64,000 nt of DNA, taken from Dehalococcoidia bacterium. GTDB lineage: Bacteria > Chloroflexota > Dehalococcoidia > Lucifugimonadales > SAR202-VII-2. Positions within the stretch are counted from its first letter, which is position 1. Each line of letters begins with the position of its first letter. The notes below the pieces were generated by a model. That model saw nothing but the letters and a program-made list of their open reading frames with translations. It was not told the origin of the DNA and searched no databases. Of the stretch, positions 39,671 through 49,362 are shown in pieces. The translations under genes were made by a program, and so were the position numbers. The DNA lies in assembly GCA_965263165.1 (NCBI GenBank), contig OZ253584.1:2560747-2624746 (forward strand), in the 5' to 3' direction.

Positions 39671-40483
39671 CTAAGCTTGGGGCGAAGACCCGCCCCGGCC
39701 GCCGTTGACGTCCAAGACCGCTCCGGTGATGTAACCCGCAGCGTCGGAGGCGAGATAGGTCACAGCTGCGGCGTGCTCCTCAACGAGGCCCACGCGTCCC
39801 AGGGGCGTGCTGCTCAGCATTGCAGCCTCCACTGCCCCGCCTCCACCCTTCGTTCGATGAGGCGTCTCTATCAGCGACGGAGCGATGACGTTGACGCGGA
39901 TGGTGGGTGCCCATTCAGCGGCCATGGTCTTGGTCAGGCTGATGACGGCGGCTTTGGCGGCGCCGTATGACGCTTGTCCAGGACACGGCCCCTGCCCTGT
40001 GATTGAAGCCACGTTTACGATGGCGCCCCTGCCCTGCTCCATCATCGCCGGGGCGACTGCGCGGCTGCAGAGAAAGGCCGTGACGACGTTCAGGCGATAG
40101 GCCTCCATCATGTCGCGGCTGCCTATTTCGAGGATGGGACCCTTCGTGAACGTTTCCCCCCAGCTTCCCTCGGCGTTGTTGACCAGGATGTCGACGCGCC
40201 CGAACTCCGCCAGGGCCTTCTCGACAATGCCGTCCACCTGCGCCTCATCCCTAACGTCGGCGGTGATGCCAATGGCGCGGCGTCCCTTGGCCCGAAGCTC
40301 CTCAACGGCCGCATTGACAGGAGCGTGAGGGCGTTCGGCGCCGCTGGTCACAGCCTCTGGGAGTCTGGCCACGACGACGATATTGGCGCCGGCGTCGGCA
40401 AGGGAATGGGCTATGCCCCGCCCTAGCCCCTGGCTGCCACCGGTCACAATGGCGACCCTGCCTTCGAGATCGAACAGCGACAT
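39671..40483 (-). CDS. SDR family oxidoreductase
   Basis: TGGSQGLG, YGAAK. Confidence 0.92.
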   Translation of the reverse strand: MSLFDLEGRVAIVTGGSQGLGRGIAHSLADAGANIVVVARLPEAVTSGAERPHAPVNAAVEELRAKGRRAIGITADVRDEAQVDGIVEKALAEFGRVDILVNNAEGSWGETFTKGPILEIGSRDMMEAYRLNVVTAFLCSRAVAPAMMEQGRGAIVNVASITGQGPCPGQASYGAAKAAVISLTKTMAAEWAPTIRVNVIAPSLIETPHRTKGGGGAVEAAMLSSTPLGRVGLVEEHAAAVTYLASDAAGYITGAVLDVNGGRGGSSPQA

Positions 40484-40569
40484 GCGCCACCTGCAAGGGA
40501 GGGATGTTCCGCCTTCGGAGCAGGGCTATTATGCTGGAACGTTGGAGCGGGGGCAAGGGCAACGGCGTG

Positions 40570-40660
40570 GCGGCGCTGTTGTCCCGCCCGCCACCCTCAA
40601 AGGTTCTTGTGGGGGATACCCCCACTCTCCCGGCAGGGGCTGCGCCCCCTGCACCCCTAC
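40570..40660 (+). repeat. Intergenic repeat family B, divergent copy 5
   Basis: gttgtcccgccc...gtgggggatacccccac...ggggctgcgccccctgcacccc. Confidence 0.7.
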
Positions 40661-40793
40661 CTTGAGGACTGTAAGGAGAGGCTGGCAGCTTGCCCCTATT
40701 CTCAGTCTCGAACGGTCTTGCGGGGGCCGCCTCGACTGCCAGCGCGGCCCCGCCTATAATGAGCATTGCACCCTTGCCGCTCAGGAGTTCTCC

Positions 40794-41402
40794 TTGCCAG
40801 CATCCGCTCTTCGCCTTGCCCTAAAAGAATGGGCGGTCACCGTCAAGGCCATGGATGAAGGACGGCAGATACTCCTACTGCGAAAGGGAGGCATCCGGGA
40901 GGAAGCAAAGGAGTTTCGCCTGCTTCATCCCCGCTTTCTTCTCTACCCCAGCTACGAGCATCAACAGGAGTCGCTGCTGCAACCCGCGTTCCACAGCGCC
41001 CTTGCCGCCACGTTCCGGGAACGGCCGGAAGAGGGCTTCGCTCTCTTCACTCATTGGGGCGAGGTCACTGAATCGTTCGACATCATGGAGGAAGAGCGGG
41101 TGGCGGCGCTGACCCCGCTCCACATCTGGACAGCGGAGTACGCGGCCAAACGACTCCACTGGCGGCCCCGCAAGCCTCTCATGGCCATGCTGGTGCGCCT
41201 GTACCGGCTTCCGGCGGCGCGCCTCGTTCCGGTGTTGCCCCGGTACGCCGGTTGCACCTCTTGGGTGGAGCTGGAAGACGAGATACCCGTCGAAGGATCG
41301 GTTCCCGCCGTGTCAGAGAGCCGGTTCGCAGAGCAGTCAGAAGCGGCGCGCCGGATTCTGAGGACATCGATGTCTCCAACCACCGCAGAGGTTGCTGGGT
41401 GA
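40794..41402 (+). CDS. DUF1802-family protein
   Basis: ALKEWAV...GRQILLLRKGGIRE; TTG start after AGGAG; TATAAT at 40755-40760. Confidence 0.8.
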   Translation: MPASALRLALKEWAVTVKAMDEGRQILLLRKGGIREEAKEFRLLHPRFLLYPSYEHQQESLLQPAFHSALAATFRERPEEGFALFTHWGEVTESFDIMEEERVAALTPLHIWTAEYAAKRLHWRPRKPLMAMLVRLYRLPAARLVPVLPRYAGCTSWVELEDEIPVEGSVPAVSESRFAEQSEAARRILRTSMSPTTAEVAG

Positions 41403-42409
41403 AATACCGCAAGCTGGGACGCACTGATCTCGAACTGTCGGAGGTGGGTTTTGGGGTGTGGACTGTCAGCACGGGCTGGTGGGGCCGGATTGAGCCGTCC
41501 GACGCCGAGAGGCTGTTGCAACAGGCCCTCGACCTGGGCGTAACGTTCTTTGACACCGCTGACACCTATGGCCTGGGCGCCGGCGAGGAGATCCTGGCGA
41601 GGGCCTTCAAGAACCAGCGCCATGAAATCATCATCGGCGACAAGTTTGGTTACGACTGGTACGCCAACCGGGAGCGCACCGGCCACCAGGAGCGGCCGCA
41701 GAGGTGGGAGCCCGACTTCATCCGGTATGCCTGCGAGCAGTCTCTGCGCCGCCTTCAGACCGACTACATTGACCTCTATCAGCTCCACAACCCCCGTCTC
41801 GACGCCATAGAGCGGGACGAGATCTTCTCGATCCTCGACGCGTTGGTGGCGGAGGGGAAGATCCGGCATTACGGCATCGCTATTGGCCCAGACATCGGTT
41901 GGGAAGACGAGGGCATGGCCAGCATGCAGGAGCGCGGCGTCGAAAGCCTGCAGATCATCTACAGCGCCTTGGAGCAGCAGCCGGCCCGCAACTTCTTCCC
42001 GGTCGCTGAGGAGACGCAGACAGGCCTCCTGTCTCGCGTGCCCCACGCTTCGGAGGTGCTGACCGACGATTTTGTGGCCAAGCCACCGTCATTCGACGCT
42101 GACGATCACAGGGCCCATCGCCGTCAGCGGTGGTTGGACAACGCCATGAGGAAACGGGAGCAGGTGGTGTTCATGGGCGCCAGCGCCGGCAGGACACTGG
42201 CGCAGGCCGCCATTCAGTTCTGCCTCGCTGAGCCGACGATCGCCTCGGTGTTGCCGAACATTGTGCGACCGGACCAGTTGAGCGAGTTCGCGGCCGCACC
42301 GGAGAAGCCGCCACTGGAGCAGGACGAGTTGGCGCACCTGAAAGAGCGCTTCGATGAGAACTTCGGCTTGGAGCCCCTACCGGAGGAAGCCCTGCGCTCG
42401 TCGCGCTAG
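41399..42409 (+). CDS. Aldo/keto reductase
   Basis: YRKLGRTDLELSEVGFG, FDTADTYG, SLRRLQTDYIDLYQLH; GTG overlaps the upstream stop. Confidence 0.92.
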   Translation: MKYRKLGRTDLELSEVGFGVWTVSTGWWGRIEPSDAERLLQQALDLGVTFFDTADTYGLGAGEEILARAFKNQRHEIIIGDKFGYDWYANRERTGHQERPQRWEPDFIRYACEQSLRRLQTDYIDLYQLHNPRLDAIERDEIFSILDALVAEGKIRHYGIAIGPDIGWEDEGMASMQERGVESLQIIYSALEQQPARNFFPVAEETQTGLLSRVPHASEVLTDDFVAKPPSFDADDHRAHRRQRWLDNAMRKREQVVFMGASAGRTLAQAAIQFCLAEPTIASVLPNIVRPDQLSEFAAAPEKPPLEQDELAHLKERFDENFGLEPLPEEALRSSR

Positions 42410-42687
42410 GAGTCGGCGAAGATCCCTTCTCCGACAAAGTGGTCCGCCGCCTCTTCGAAGGTGGTGTCGGGCGGGGGTATCACCACATCAGACGGCACTA
42501 GCTCGTCCTCGGATAGTGGTTGCCCCTCAGAGCGCACGAGATCCTGCATCTGCTCGAACAGCGTGTGGAAAGCGTCGCGGTCGCCCTGGTCAACGACCTC
42601 GACGAGCTGGTTGTCGAGGTCGTTCAGCCTGGTGATAAGGTCGTCGTCTAACCTGAATTGGCCCGCCGTCACAATTCGTACGATCAT
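42406..42687 (-). CDS. pspAA: PspA-associated protein PspAA
   Basis: MIVRIVTAGQFRL...PSDVVIPPPD; coupled to the pspA stop. Confidence 0.8.
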   Translation of the reverse strand: MIVRIVTAGQFRLDDDLITRLNDLDNQLVEVVDQGDRDAFHTLFEQMQDLVRSEGQPLSEDELVPSDVVIPPPDTTFEEAADHFVGEGIFADS

Positions 42688-43415
42688 GAGGCACCGTCCC
42701 CCAGTTGCTTGTTGTCGCCGCTCCCAAGCTGACGCCTCATTGCCTCCAGCTCCAGGTCGACGTTCTGGCCGGCCGTAAGCTCCGCAAGCTCCCTATCGAG
42801 GCTGTCACCTGACAGCGAAACGTCGTCTAGGACGCCCGAATCGGCAAGCTGGTCAATGGCTGATGACCTGGAGCGCATCGCCTCGATCTTGTGCTCCGCT
42901 CGCTCCACAGCGAGGCCGACGTCCGCCATCTCCTCGGAGACGCCTGTGAGGGCTTCACCGATCTTCACGCTGGCCTCGGCGGCGGTGTATTGGGCCTTCA
43001 GACTCTCCCGGCGGGTGCGGAACGCTTCGACCTTAGCCGACAGCCGCTGCTCAGAGAGGGTCAGGCGCTCCTGTTCCTCCTCGACGCCGGTAATCTGTTG
43101 CTCAAGCCCCTCCAACTCAATGAGGGCGGCCTGCTTCCGTTGTAGGGCGAGCCGGGCCAGGTCCTCGCGGCCCAACTCCATTGCCTGCCGCGCCTGTTCC
43201 TCGAGCTTGGGAATCTTGGCGCTGACCTTCTCCGACTGCATCTCCAGGCGGCGGCGGGAGGAGGCAACTTCAACCACGCCCTGCTTCACCTTGCGCAGCA
43301 GTTCAACCTGCTTCTCGTAGGAGTAGTCGAGCGTCTGACGGGGGTCTTCGGCTCTGTCGAGGACGGAGCTCATCTTGGACTTGAGGATCATTGATGTCCG
43401 TGAGAGCAGACCCAT
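42684..43415 (-). CDS. pspA: PspA/IM30 family protein (own RBS, but in frame with the upstream cytochrome c)
   Basis: AEDPRQTLDYSYEKQ, REDLARLAL, coiled coil; GGAGG before the ATG at 43415. Confidence 0.9.
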   Translation of the reverse strand: MGLLSRTSMILKSKMSSVLDRAEDPRQTLDYSYEKQVELLRKVKQGVVEVASSRRRLEMQSEKVSAKIPKLEEQARQAMELGREDLARLALQRKQAALIELEGLEQQITGVEEEQERLTLSEQRLSAKVEAFRTRRESLKAQYTAAEASVKIGEALTGVSEEMADVGLAVERAEHKIEAMRSRSSAIDQLADSGVLDDVSLSGDSLDRELAELTAGQNVDLELEAMRRQLGSGDNKQLGDGAS

Positions 43416-44000
43416 GGCGCCTCCCGTTGGCGGGTCCTGCGGCGCGCGTGGCGCGCCTCGTGGATACCGCTTCTGTATCGTTTTTATGTACGCTATGAGG
43501 GCGCGAACGTCGTCCTGGGACATGATGCCGGCGTAGGCGGCGGGCATCATATTCGGTTGAAAGCCATCCACGAGCTTCGCGCCCGGTTCCATGATGGACT
43601 CCTCGAGGTAGGCGTCGTCCACCAAGACGGTCGAGCCGTCCGATAGAGTCTCGGTACTGCCGAAGACCCCCAGCCAGGTGGGGCCAATGCCGCTGCTGCC
43701 ATCCAGGGAGTGACACGCTATGCAGCCATTGGCTTGGGCCACGGCCTCTCCAATCGCCGCGAGGTCTGGTTCGCCATCGCCGTTGGAAGACGGTTCATGG
43801 CCATCACTGCCGGGCGGGGGAGGCGTGGGCGACGGGGTGATGTCGTCGATGGTAAGGCTGGTGTCGATGCCCGAAGCCGGGGGAGGATTGGCGCTGGCCT
43901 GCCAGCCGTAGCGGGCGGCCCGGCAGCCGCTCAGCGCAACGACGAGGATCAAGGCGACGATGGCGACAAGCAGGGCCTTTCGGAGGAGGGTGAAGCTCAT
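43416..44000 (-). CDS. Lipoprotein monoheme cytochrome c; no stop before pspA
   Basis: Lipobox LSGC, CIACH heme motif, GPTW..DDAYLEESI..MMP typical of CoxB-type cytochrome c domains; extended -10 TGGTACTAT at 44051-44059. Confidence 0.85.
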
Positions 44001-44116
44001 GCCGCGGGGCTCTCCGTGGGTGTGATTGTCGAAGCTGTCCACGGCCAGCCATAGTACCACAGATTGGGCCGAGGCTGCATCCGCGGCTCGGGGTTGGCGC
44101 ACCCCTGCCCCAGTCT

Positions 44117-44190
44117 GTCCCTTCCCCCGACTAACAGGGAAGGTGTGTTGCGCGTCACTACCCCCCGTACTCGGGGGCAGGGAGGAAGGG
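44117..44190. repeat. REP-like family A copies (two degenerate)
   Basis: gtcccttcccccgac...gggaagg and ccccccgtactcgggggcaggga. Confidence 0.65.
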
Positions 44191-44211
44191 GGTCCCATTC
44201 CCTCCGGGCCC

Positions 44212-45312
44212 CTAGCCGCCGTTCAGCCGGTAGAAGACCTCCGAGTTCGTGTGCCGGATGCGCGCCTTCGCTAGGTCGTCAATCCCCTCCTGCTCCAGCA
44301 CTTCCTCCAACTCGTGCTTGCACATCTCGTTGTTCACTTCGTGCGGAAAGTCCGACGAGAAGAACAGGAACTTCGGCCCCGCCTCCCGCACCGCCGCCGG
44401 AATGAACGGCTCGTTCCCCTCACACCCCACGTAGATCCGGTCTTCCTTGATGTGCCGTTTGATGTAGTCGCTCACCCGCTCACCCGCCCGCAACTGGATC
44501 AGCTCCTCCCGCGGGTCCTGGTGGATGTGCGTCTCATACGACCGGTCGAACCGCTCCAGACACAGCATGAACCACGAGATGCCCCCCTCCAGAAACCCCC
44601 ACTTGACGTTGGGGTACTTCTCCAGCAGCCCGTTGAACACCACCCCCGCAAACCCGATCATCTGGCCGAAGGGGTGCCCAAGGGCGTGCACCGGGGCGTA
44701 GACGTTCATGTGGTCGAAGCCGAAGTTCTCGTGGGAACCGCCGTGCACGGCCATGGCGCACTTCAGGCGGTCGGCCTCTTCATAGACCGGCCAGTAGTCC
44801 TTGGCGCCGATGTGGTCCTTGAACCCGTTGGAGGGCAGCATTGCCCCCACCATGCCCAACTCTTCCACGCACCTGCGGAGCTCCTTGATGGCCTCTCCCG
44901 GCTCCTGCATAGGGATGAGCCCCACGGCCTTGAAGCGGGAGTCCCGCTTCAGGTAGGTGTCGTACAGCCAGTTGTTGTACGCCTGGGCCAGGGCAACGGC
45001 CCAGTCCCGGTTGACCACGTTGCCGTAGGCAAGCCCGTGCGTGGGATAGAGCACGGCGGAGTCGATGCCGACGTCGTCGGCGAAGTCAACCCACCCATCG
45101 ACGCCGACGGGGGCAAAGGACCCCTCCGGCACCTCGACGGGGTTCGCCGAGTGGAAGTGGTCTATGGGCGGGAAGAGCTGGCCTCTGCCGCCTGGGCCGA
45201 ATATGCGGTCCCTGAATCTGGGGGGCATGTACTGGATGATGGCTGGGATGTCTTCATTCAGATGGCCGTCGCCATCAACAACGGTTTCCAGGTCTACTTC
45301 CTTGAGCACCAT
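44212..45312 (-). CDS. Amidohydrolase family 2 protein (decarboxylase/hydrolase-like)
   Basis: DGDGH, LYPT, AVHGG, FLEGG, SSDFPHE. Confidence 0.88.
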   Translation of the reverse strand: MVLKEVDLETVVDGDGHLNEDIPAIIQYMPPRFRDRIFGPGGRGQLFPPIDHFHSANPVEVPEGSFAPVGVDGWVDFADDVGIDSAVLYPTHGLAYGNVVNRDWAVALAQAYNNWLYDTYLKRDSRFKAVGLIPMQEPGEAIKELRRCVEELGMVGAMLPSNGFKDHIGAKDYWPVYEEADRLKCAMAVHGGSHENFGFDHMNVYAPVHALGHPFGQMIGFAGVVFNGLLEKYPNVKWGFLEGGISWFMLCLERFDRSYETHIHQDPREELIQLRAGERVSDYIKRHIKEDRIYVGCEGNEPFIPAAVREAGPKFLFFSSDFPHEVNNEMCKHELEEVLEQEGIDDLAKARIRHTNSEVFYRLNGG

Positions 45313-45465
45313 AGCTTCACCTCCCAAGCGTTACTTCCCACCGACGGCGCGTCAATACTACCACGGCAGACTGTCGCGGCGCAGCGTCTACGGGCCGGCG
45401 GTTTGGACAGTCATTGGGCATTCAGAGGTGACTCATTCAGAGGTGACTGAAGATGGCGGTACGCT

Positions 45466-46395
45466 CTATCCGTCCGCGACTTTGATCAGCAGGCGGCAAT
45501 GGTCGCTGGCGCCCCACTCTTCGACGTCGTTCATGGCCCGCACCTTCACGCTCTCCTGAAAGCCGCGCGAGGCGAAGACGTAGTCCAGTTGGTTGTTGCT
45601 TGCCGTCGCTGGGTTCTTGCCGGGGAGGTAGAACGTAACCACGTTGCGGGAGTCCGCGGGTTCGTGTGTCGCCAGCGTCTCCGCCTGTCGCCCGTTCGGC
45701 GCCTGCGGCCCCATGAACTCCAGCCCAATGGCCGCCATCCTCTCGAACACGGACCGATAGCGTGCCTCCCAGTACGGAGGACTGCCGCCATCGCCGTAGC
45801 CGTGCGCGATGTTGAGGTCGCCGGCGGCCAGGATACGATGCGTCTGCGGATTGTCGTGGCCGATGAACGTCGAGAGGTCCGAGATGATGCGGTGGACGGA
45901 GCCGTCGGCATAGCCAAAGCTCCACGCGGTCTTGACGCTCGGATGCGACCCGATCCAACGGCCGTACATGGAGACGGCGATGAACGGCTCAGTCGAGCCG
46001 TCGCGTGGCGTGACGCGGGCCGCCGCTATCGTCCCGATGCCGCTGACGGCGATCTCGTCCTGCTCCGGCCACCCTATTGGACCGACCTGCTTGAACCACT
46101 CGACGTCGACCCGGTCCGACAGGCGCACCACCATCGGCCAGCGGTCGAACAGTGCGTCGCCTCGCCCGCGCCACCAGTCGGAGTTCCACGCATGCGAGTC
46201 CCACGCCTCTCGCGGGCCGATGTCCAGAGGGCCGGCGCCCTCCACGTGCGGGAGCGTCGCGTCCCGTAATCGCACCACGTCGTCCGGCGGCGGCGCGGCC
46301 TCCTGCAAGAGAGCGACGTCGGCGTCCATCTGCAGCAGTTGACGCCACGGCTCGTGGCGCCTAGCGATGTTCCAGCTCACTACTGTTACGACCAA
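45466..46395 (-). CDS. Endonuclease/exonuclease/phosphatase (EEP) family protein
   Basis: SWNI, LLQEA, AGDLN, LDYVF, SDH. Confidence 0.85.
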   Translation of the reverse strand: MVVTVVSWNIARRHEPWRQLLQMDADVALLQEAAPPPDDVVRLRDATLPHVEGAGPLDIGPREAWDSHAWNSDWWRGRGDALFDRWPMVVRLSDRVDVEWFKQVGPIGWPEQDEIAVSGIGTIAAARVTPRDGSTEPFIAVSMYGRWIGSHPSVKTAWSFGYADGSVHRIISDLSTFIGHDNPQTHRILAAGDLNIAHGYGDGGSPPYWEARYRSVFERMAAIGLEFMGPQAPNGRQAETLATHEPADSRNVVTFYLPGKNPATASNNQLDYVFASRGFQESVKVRAMNDVEEWGASDHCRLLIKVADG

Positions 46396-46470
46396 TTCAT
46401 TCTCCGATGGTTTTGTCAGAATCCTACCGCATATCTTTCGTGGTCCACTTCTCGCAGGAACAAGCCAACG

Positions 46471-47199
46471 CTACTGGAAGTCCTGGACAGACAAGTCGGC
46501 GACGACGCCGAAATGGTCTGACAGCTTCCTCCCCTCTTGGATGTTGCTAATCACACCCAGGGAGGTAACTGCCAAGTCCACACTCAATGCAATGTGGTCG
46601 ATGCTTCTGCGTCCCTGGAAGGCAAGATCCGACGTAGCGATTCGCATGCTCGGCGGGAAGGCTTTCCGAAGTGCCAATCGAAGCTTGGGACGCGCGCGGT
46701 TGCCCCGCCCCACAATCTGATTAAAGTCCCCCATCACTATCAGACGCTTCACTTCCGCCCGTTCGAGAACTTCATTGAGACCGGCCAGGTACTGTTCATG
46801 GTCCTCCCACGGTATCCTGCGCTCCACCTTGCGACTAGCCTCAGTCCGTGATCCGAACCAGGGGATGCAGATTCCAATGACGGCGACCTCGCCCACTGAT
46901 GTTTGTGTGACGCCAGACACGAACCGTCCGGGCGGCATTGAGTCGATTCCCATGTCATCGACCTGATTCCAAGGTTCCCTCGACCAGAGCATGACCTTCC
47001 GCCGACCTTCCTTGACCGCGTACCCGTAGTCCGGTTGCGAGCAGATCGTGTGCCCATGTTGAGACAGCAGCCCGCCGTGCGTCTCAGTGAGACAGACGAC
47101 CTCCGGGACATGTCGGTCAATGCGGCCCAGGATTTCTGTGGTTCGTCGTGAGTTGGGTGTAGCCCACTCGACATTCCAGTTAACCACCTTCAAAGACAT
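46471..47199 (-). CDS. EEP family protein
   Basis: NWNV, CLTE, MGDFN, IDHI, SDH. Confidence 0.85.
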   Translation of the reverse strand: MSLKVVNWNVEWATPNSRRTTEILGRIDRHVPEVVCLTETHGGLLSQHGHTICSQPDYGYAVKEGRRKVMLWSREPWNQVDDMGIDSMPPGRFVSGVTQTSVGEVAVIGICIPWFGSRTEASRKVERRIPWEDHEQYLAGLNEVLERAEVKRLIVMGDFNQIVGRGNRARPKLRLALRKAFPPSMRIATSDLAFQGRRSIDHIALSVDLAVTSLGVISNIQEGRKLSDHFGVVADLSVQDFQ

Positions 47200-47355
47200 A
47201 GCCTTGCTCTCTTCGCCCACATACGGGAACGGCGAGTCAGACTCCTCGGCGCTCATTCGCAGGAGAGTCAGATCCAGGTTAGCAGACTTGCCGGTGAGGA
47301 GGCCCTACAGGTCCAAAACGAACCTCAGGGTGAAGGTTTTTGAGTTTGTGTAGTC

Positions 47356-47440
47356 TGGTGGGGAAGCCGGCACTCGAACCCGGACGCCTTGCGGCACATG
47401 ATCCTAAGTCATGCTCGTCTGCCAGTTCCGAGACTTCCCC
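47356..47440 (-). tRNA. trnL: tRNA-Leu(TAG), variant copy with a broken G53-C61 pair (possible pseudo-tRNA)
   Basis: Cloverleaf with long variable arm and CCA; three substitutions relative to 48542-48626. Confidence 0.85.
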
Positions 47441-47659
47441 ACGTGAAGCGTTTCTTCCCTAAGGATAATCTAGATGCGTCCGTGGATTGCGGCAAGTCAG
47501 AGAGGGAGGATAGCCGCGTCCTACCTGTCGCTGCACATCCTGGCGTAGGGGACCGCCGGTGCGAGGGGCTGCGTATGTTTCATAGTGGTCCCCTCGTTGC
47601 AATGAATTGTACTTCGGCCGCGTAATTCAACCTGCTAATTCAGCGGACCACGACGCCCG

Positions 47660-48391
47660 TCAGAACGTCTCGGCGTCAGGGCCGAACCACTTCTCAATGA
47701 GGGCGTTCAATGAGCCGTCTTCCTTCATAGCGTCGATGGCCCGGTTCAGCTTGTCTTTCAACGAGCCGTCGTCCTCCCGTACACCGATGCCGATACCGGA
47801 GTCGAGCGTTACTTGGGGGCCGACTATTGCCAACCCCTCTGCGCTTTTCGCCATGCGCTCGTGGGCGAACTCGATATCGACCAGCGTCGCATCCGCCTCA
47901 CCGCTCAGGACAGCCGAAAAGACATCCTCGGCCAATTCGTACTCCAGCAGCGTTGCGTCGGATTGGGACAGATAGTCTGCTTGGATGGTGGCCACCTGTG
48001 CGGCCACCCTACCGGCAACCACTTCGTCACCGGCTCCCGCCAGGGCAACGTAGACCGACGCGCCGGGCGGAATATACGGCTGCGTGAAGTCGATAACCTC
48101 GTCCCGCTCATCGGTGATGCTCATTCCGGCGAGGATGGTGTCGTAGTCGCCCGCAACCAGGTTGGGTATGATGCTGTCCCATGCGTTGGTCACCCAGGCG
48201 CATTCGAGTTCGGCCCGCCGGCATAGTTCGTCGCCCAACTCCCGCTCGAACCCGTCGACCTCGCCGCTATCGTTGATGAAGTTGTAGGGAGGATAGGCTC
48301 CCTCTGTGCCCATTTTGACGGCGTCGGATCCTCCGGTGCACGACAGGCAGATGAAGATGAGTATGGCGATCGCAAGAGTCAGTCTAACCAT
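47660..48391 (-). CDS. ABC transporter polar amino acid substrate-binding lipoprotein
   Basis: Lipobox LSC, GTEGAYPPYNF, AGMSITDER; no permease or ATPase nearby. Confidence 0.9.
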   Translation of the reverse strand: MVRLTLAIAILIFICLSCTGGSDAVKMGTEGAYPPYNFINDSGEVDGFERELGDELCRRAELECAWVTNAWDSIIPNLVAGDYDTILAGMSITDERDEVIDFTQPYIPPGASVYVALAGAGDEVVAGRVAAQVATIQADYLSQSDATLLEYELAEDVFSAVLSGEADATLVDIEFAHERMAKSAEGLAIVGPQVTLDSGIGIGVREDDGSLKDKLNRAIDAMKEDGSLNALIEKWFGPDAETF

Positions 48392-48541
48392 GTTTCCGTT
48401 CTCCTTGATTGCTCCGTGATGCCGAGCGCTACCAACATCTTCCCATCCAGACCGATCAGCGTTTCTGGGGCAGACCCGGAGACCGGATATCCTGTTCGCC
48501 GGTCGCTCCTGGCGCAGTGGTGTAGACTCGGGGGAGAATAC

Positions 48542-48626
48542 TGGTGGGGAAGCCGGGACTCGAACCCGGACGCCTTGCGGCACATGATCCTAAGTCATGC
48601 TCGTCTGCCAATTCCGACACTTCCCC
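48542..48626 (-). tRNA. trnL: tRNA-Leu(TAG), intact
   Basis: GGGGAAG/CTTCCCC acceptor stem, CATGA-CTTAGGA-TCATG anticodon arm, CCGGG-TTCGAGT-CCCGG T arm, ACCA end. Confidence 0.97.
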
Positions 48627-48756
48627 GCCTGAGGTCCGTATCCTAAGGATAGTCCAGATAGGTCCGTGGATTGCGACATAGCCAGATAACGAATATGGCC
48701 CCGTTGATAGGTTGTTCATAGGTTCCTCAATGCCTGACGCCGCGTGCGTCCAACTC

Positions 48757-49206
48757 TCACAGGCCGTAGAAGTAGGCCGACGCCTCGCGCATGCTGACCT
48801 CAGCCGACCTTATAAGGCCCTCGAACATGTTCTTCTGATAGGCCACGTTCACCACGGCTCGCTTGGAGCCGTCGTTGACCTTGCTCCCAAGGTTGTCCCT
48901 TAGGCTGTGGTGGAGTTGCATGGCCCGGCGCGAGCCTTCAATGGCGTCCTGAGCGGCTGCGTCCAGCTTGCTCCAAGCGCGCCGGGCGCCACGAGAAGTG
49001 GGCTTCGGAATCTCTCTGAAGTCCAACACCACGGGCACCATCTCCGGAATTACCTCTTGAATGACGCGCACTTGTTCGGCAGGCGAGCCGAACTCGACAA
49101 CATTCGCCAACTTCTGCGTGTAGGGCCGGAGCGCCTTGAAGAGCGGCGTCACCGCTTGGCGCCATTCTTCGTCCGAAATGCCATTCTTCATGGTGAACAA
49201 TCCCAT
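48757..49206 (-). CDS. Hypothetical alpha-helical protein
   Basis: Open frame with an RBS-like GGAAGG before MGLFTMK. Confidence 0.6.
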   Translation of the reverse strand: MGLFTMKNGISDEEWRQAVTPLFKALRPYTQKLANVVEFGSPAEQVRVIQEVIPEMVPVVLDFREIPKPTSRGARRAWSKLDAAAQDAIEGSRRAMQLHHSLRDNLGSKVNDGSKRAVVNVAYQKNMFEGLIRSAEVSMREASAYFYGL

Positions 49207-49362
49207 GGCCAGCCAACCTTCCCGCTGCTCTGCCGAATAGAGGGCCACTCCATGTTACCCACGCGATTCCAGGCGCCGCAACCGAGCCGTTGCGGCAAGG
49301 GCCCGCCCTCGCTACCATCTGAGACAACATTCGGCTAGCGCCATCTGCGCCGCCCCGCCGAG

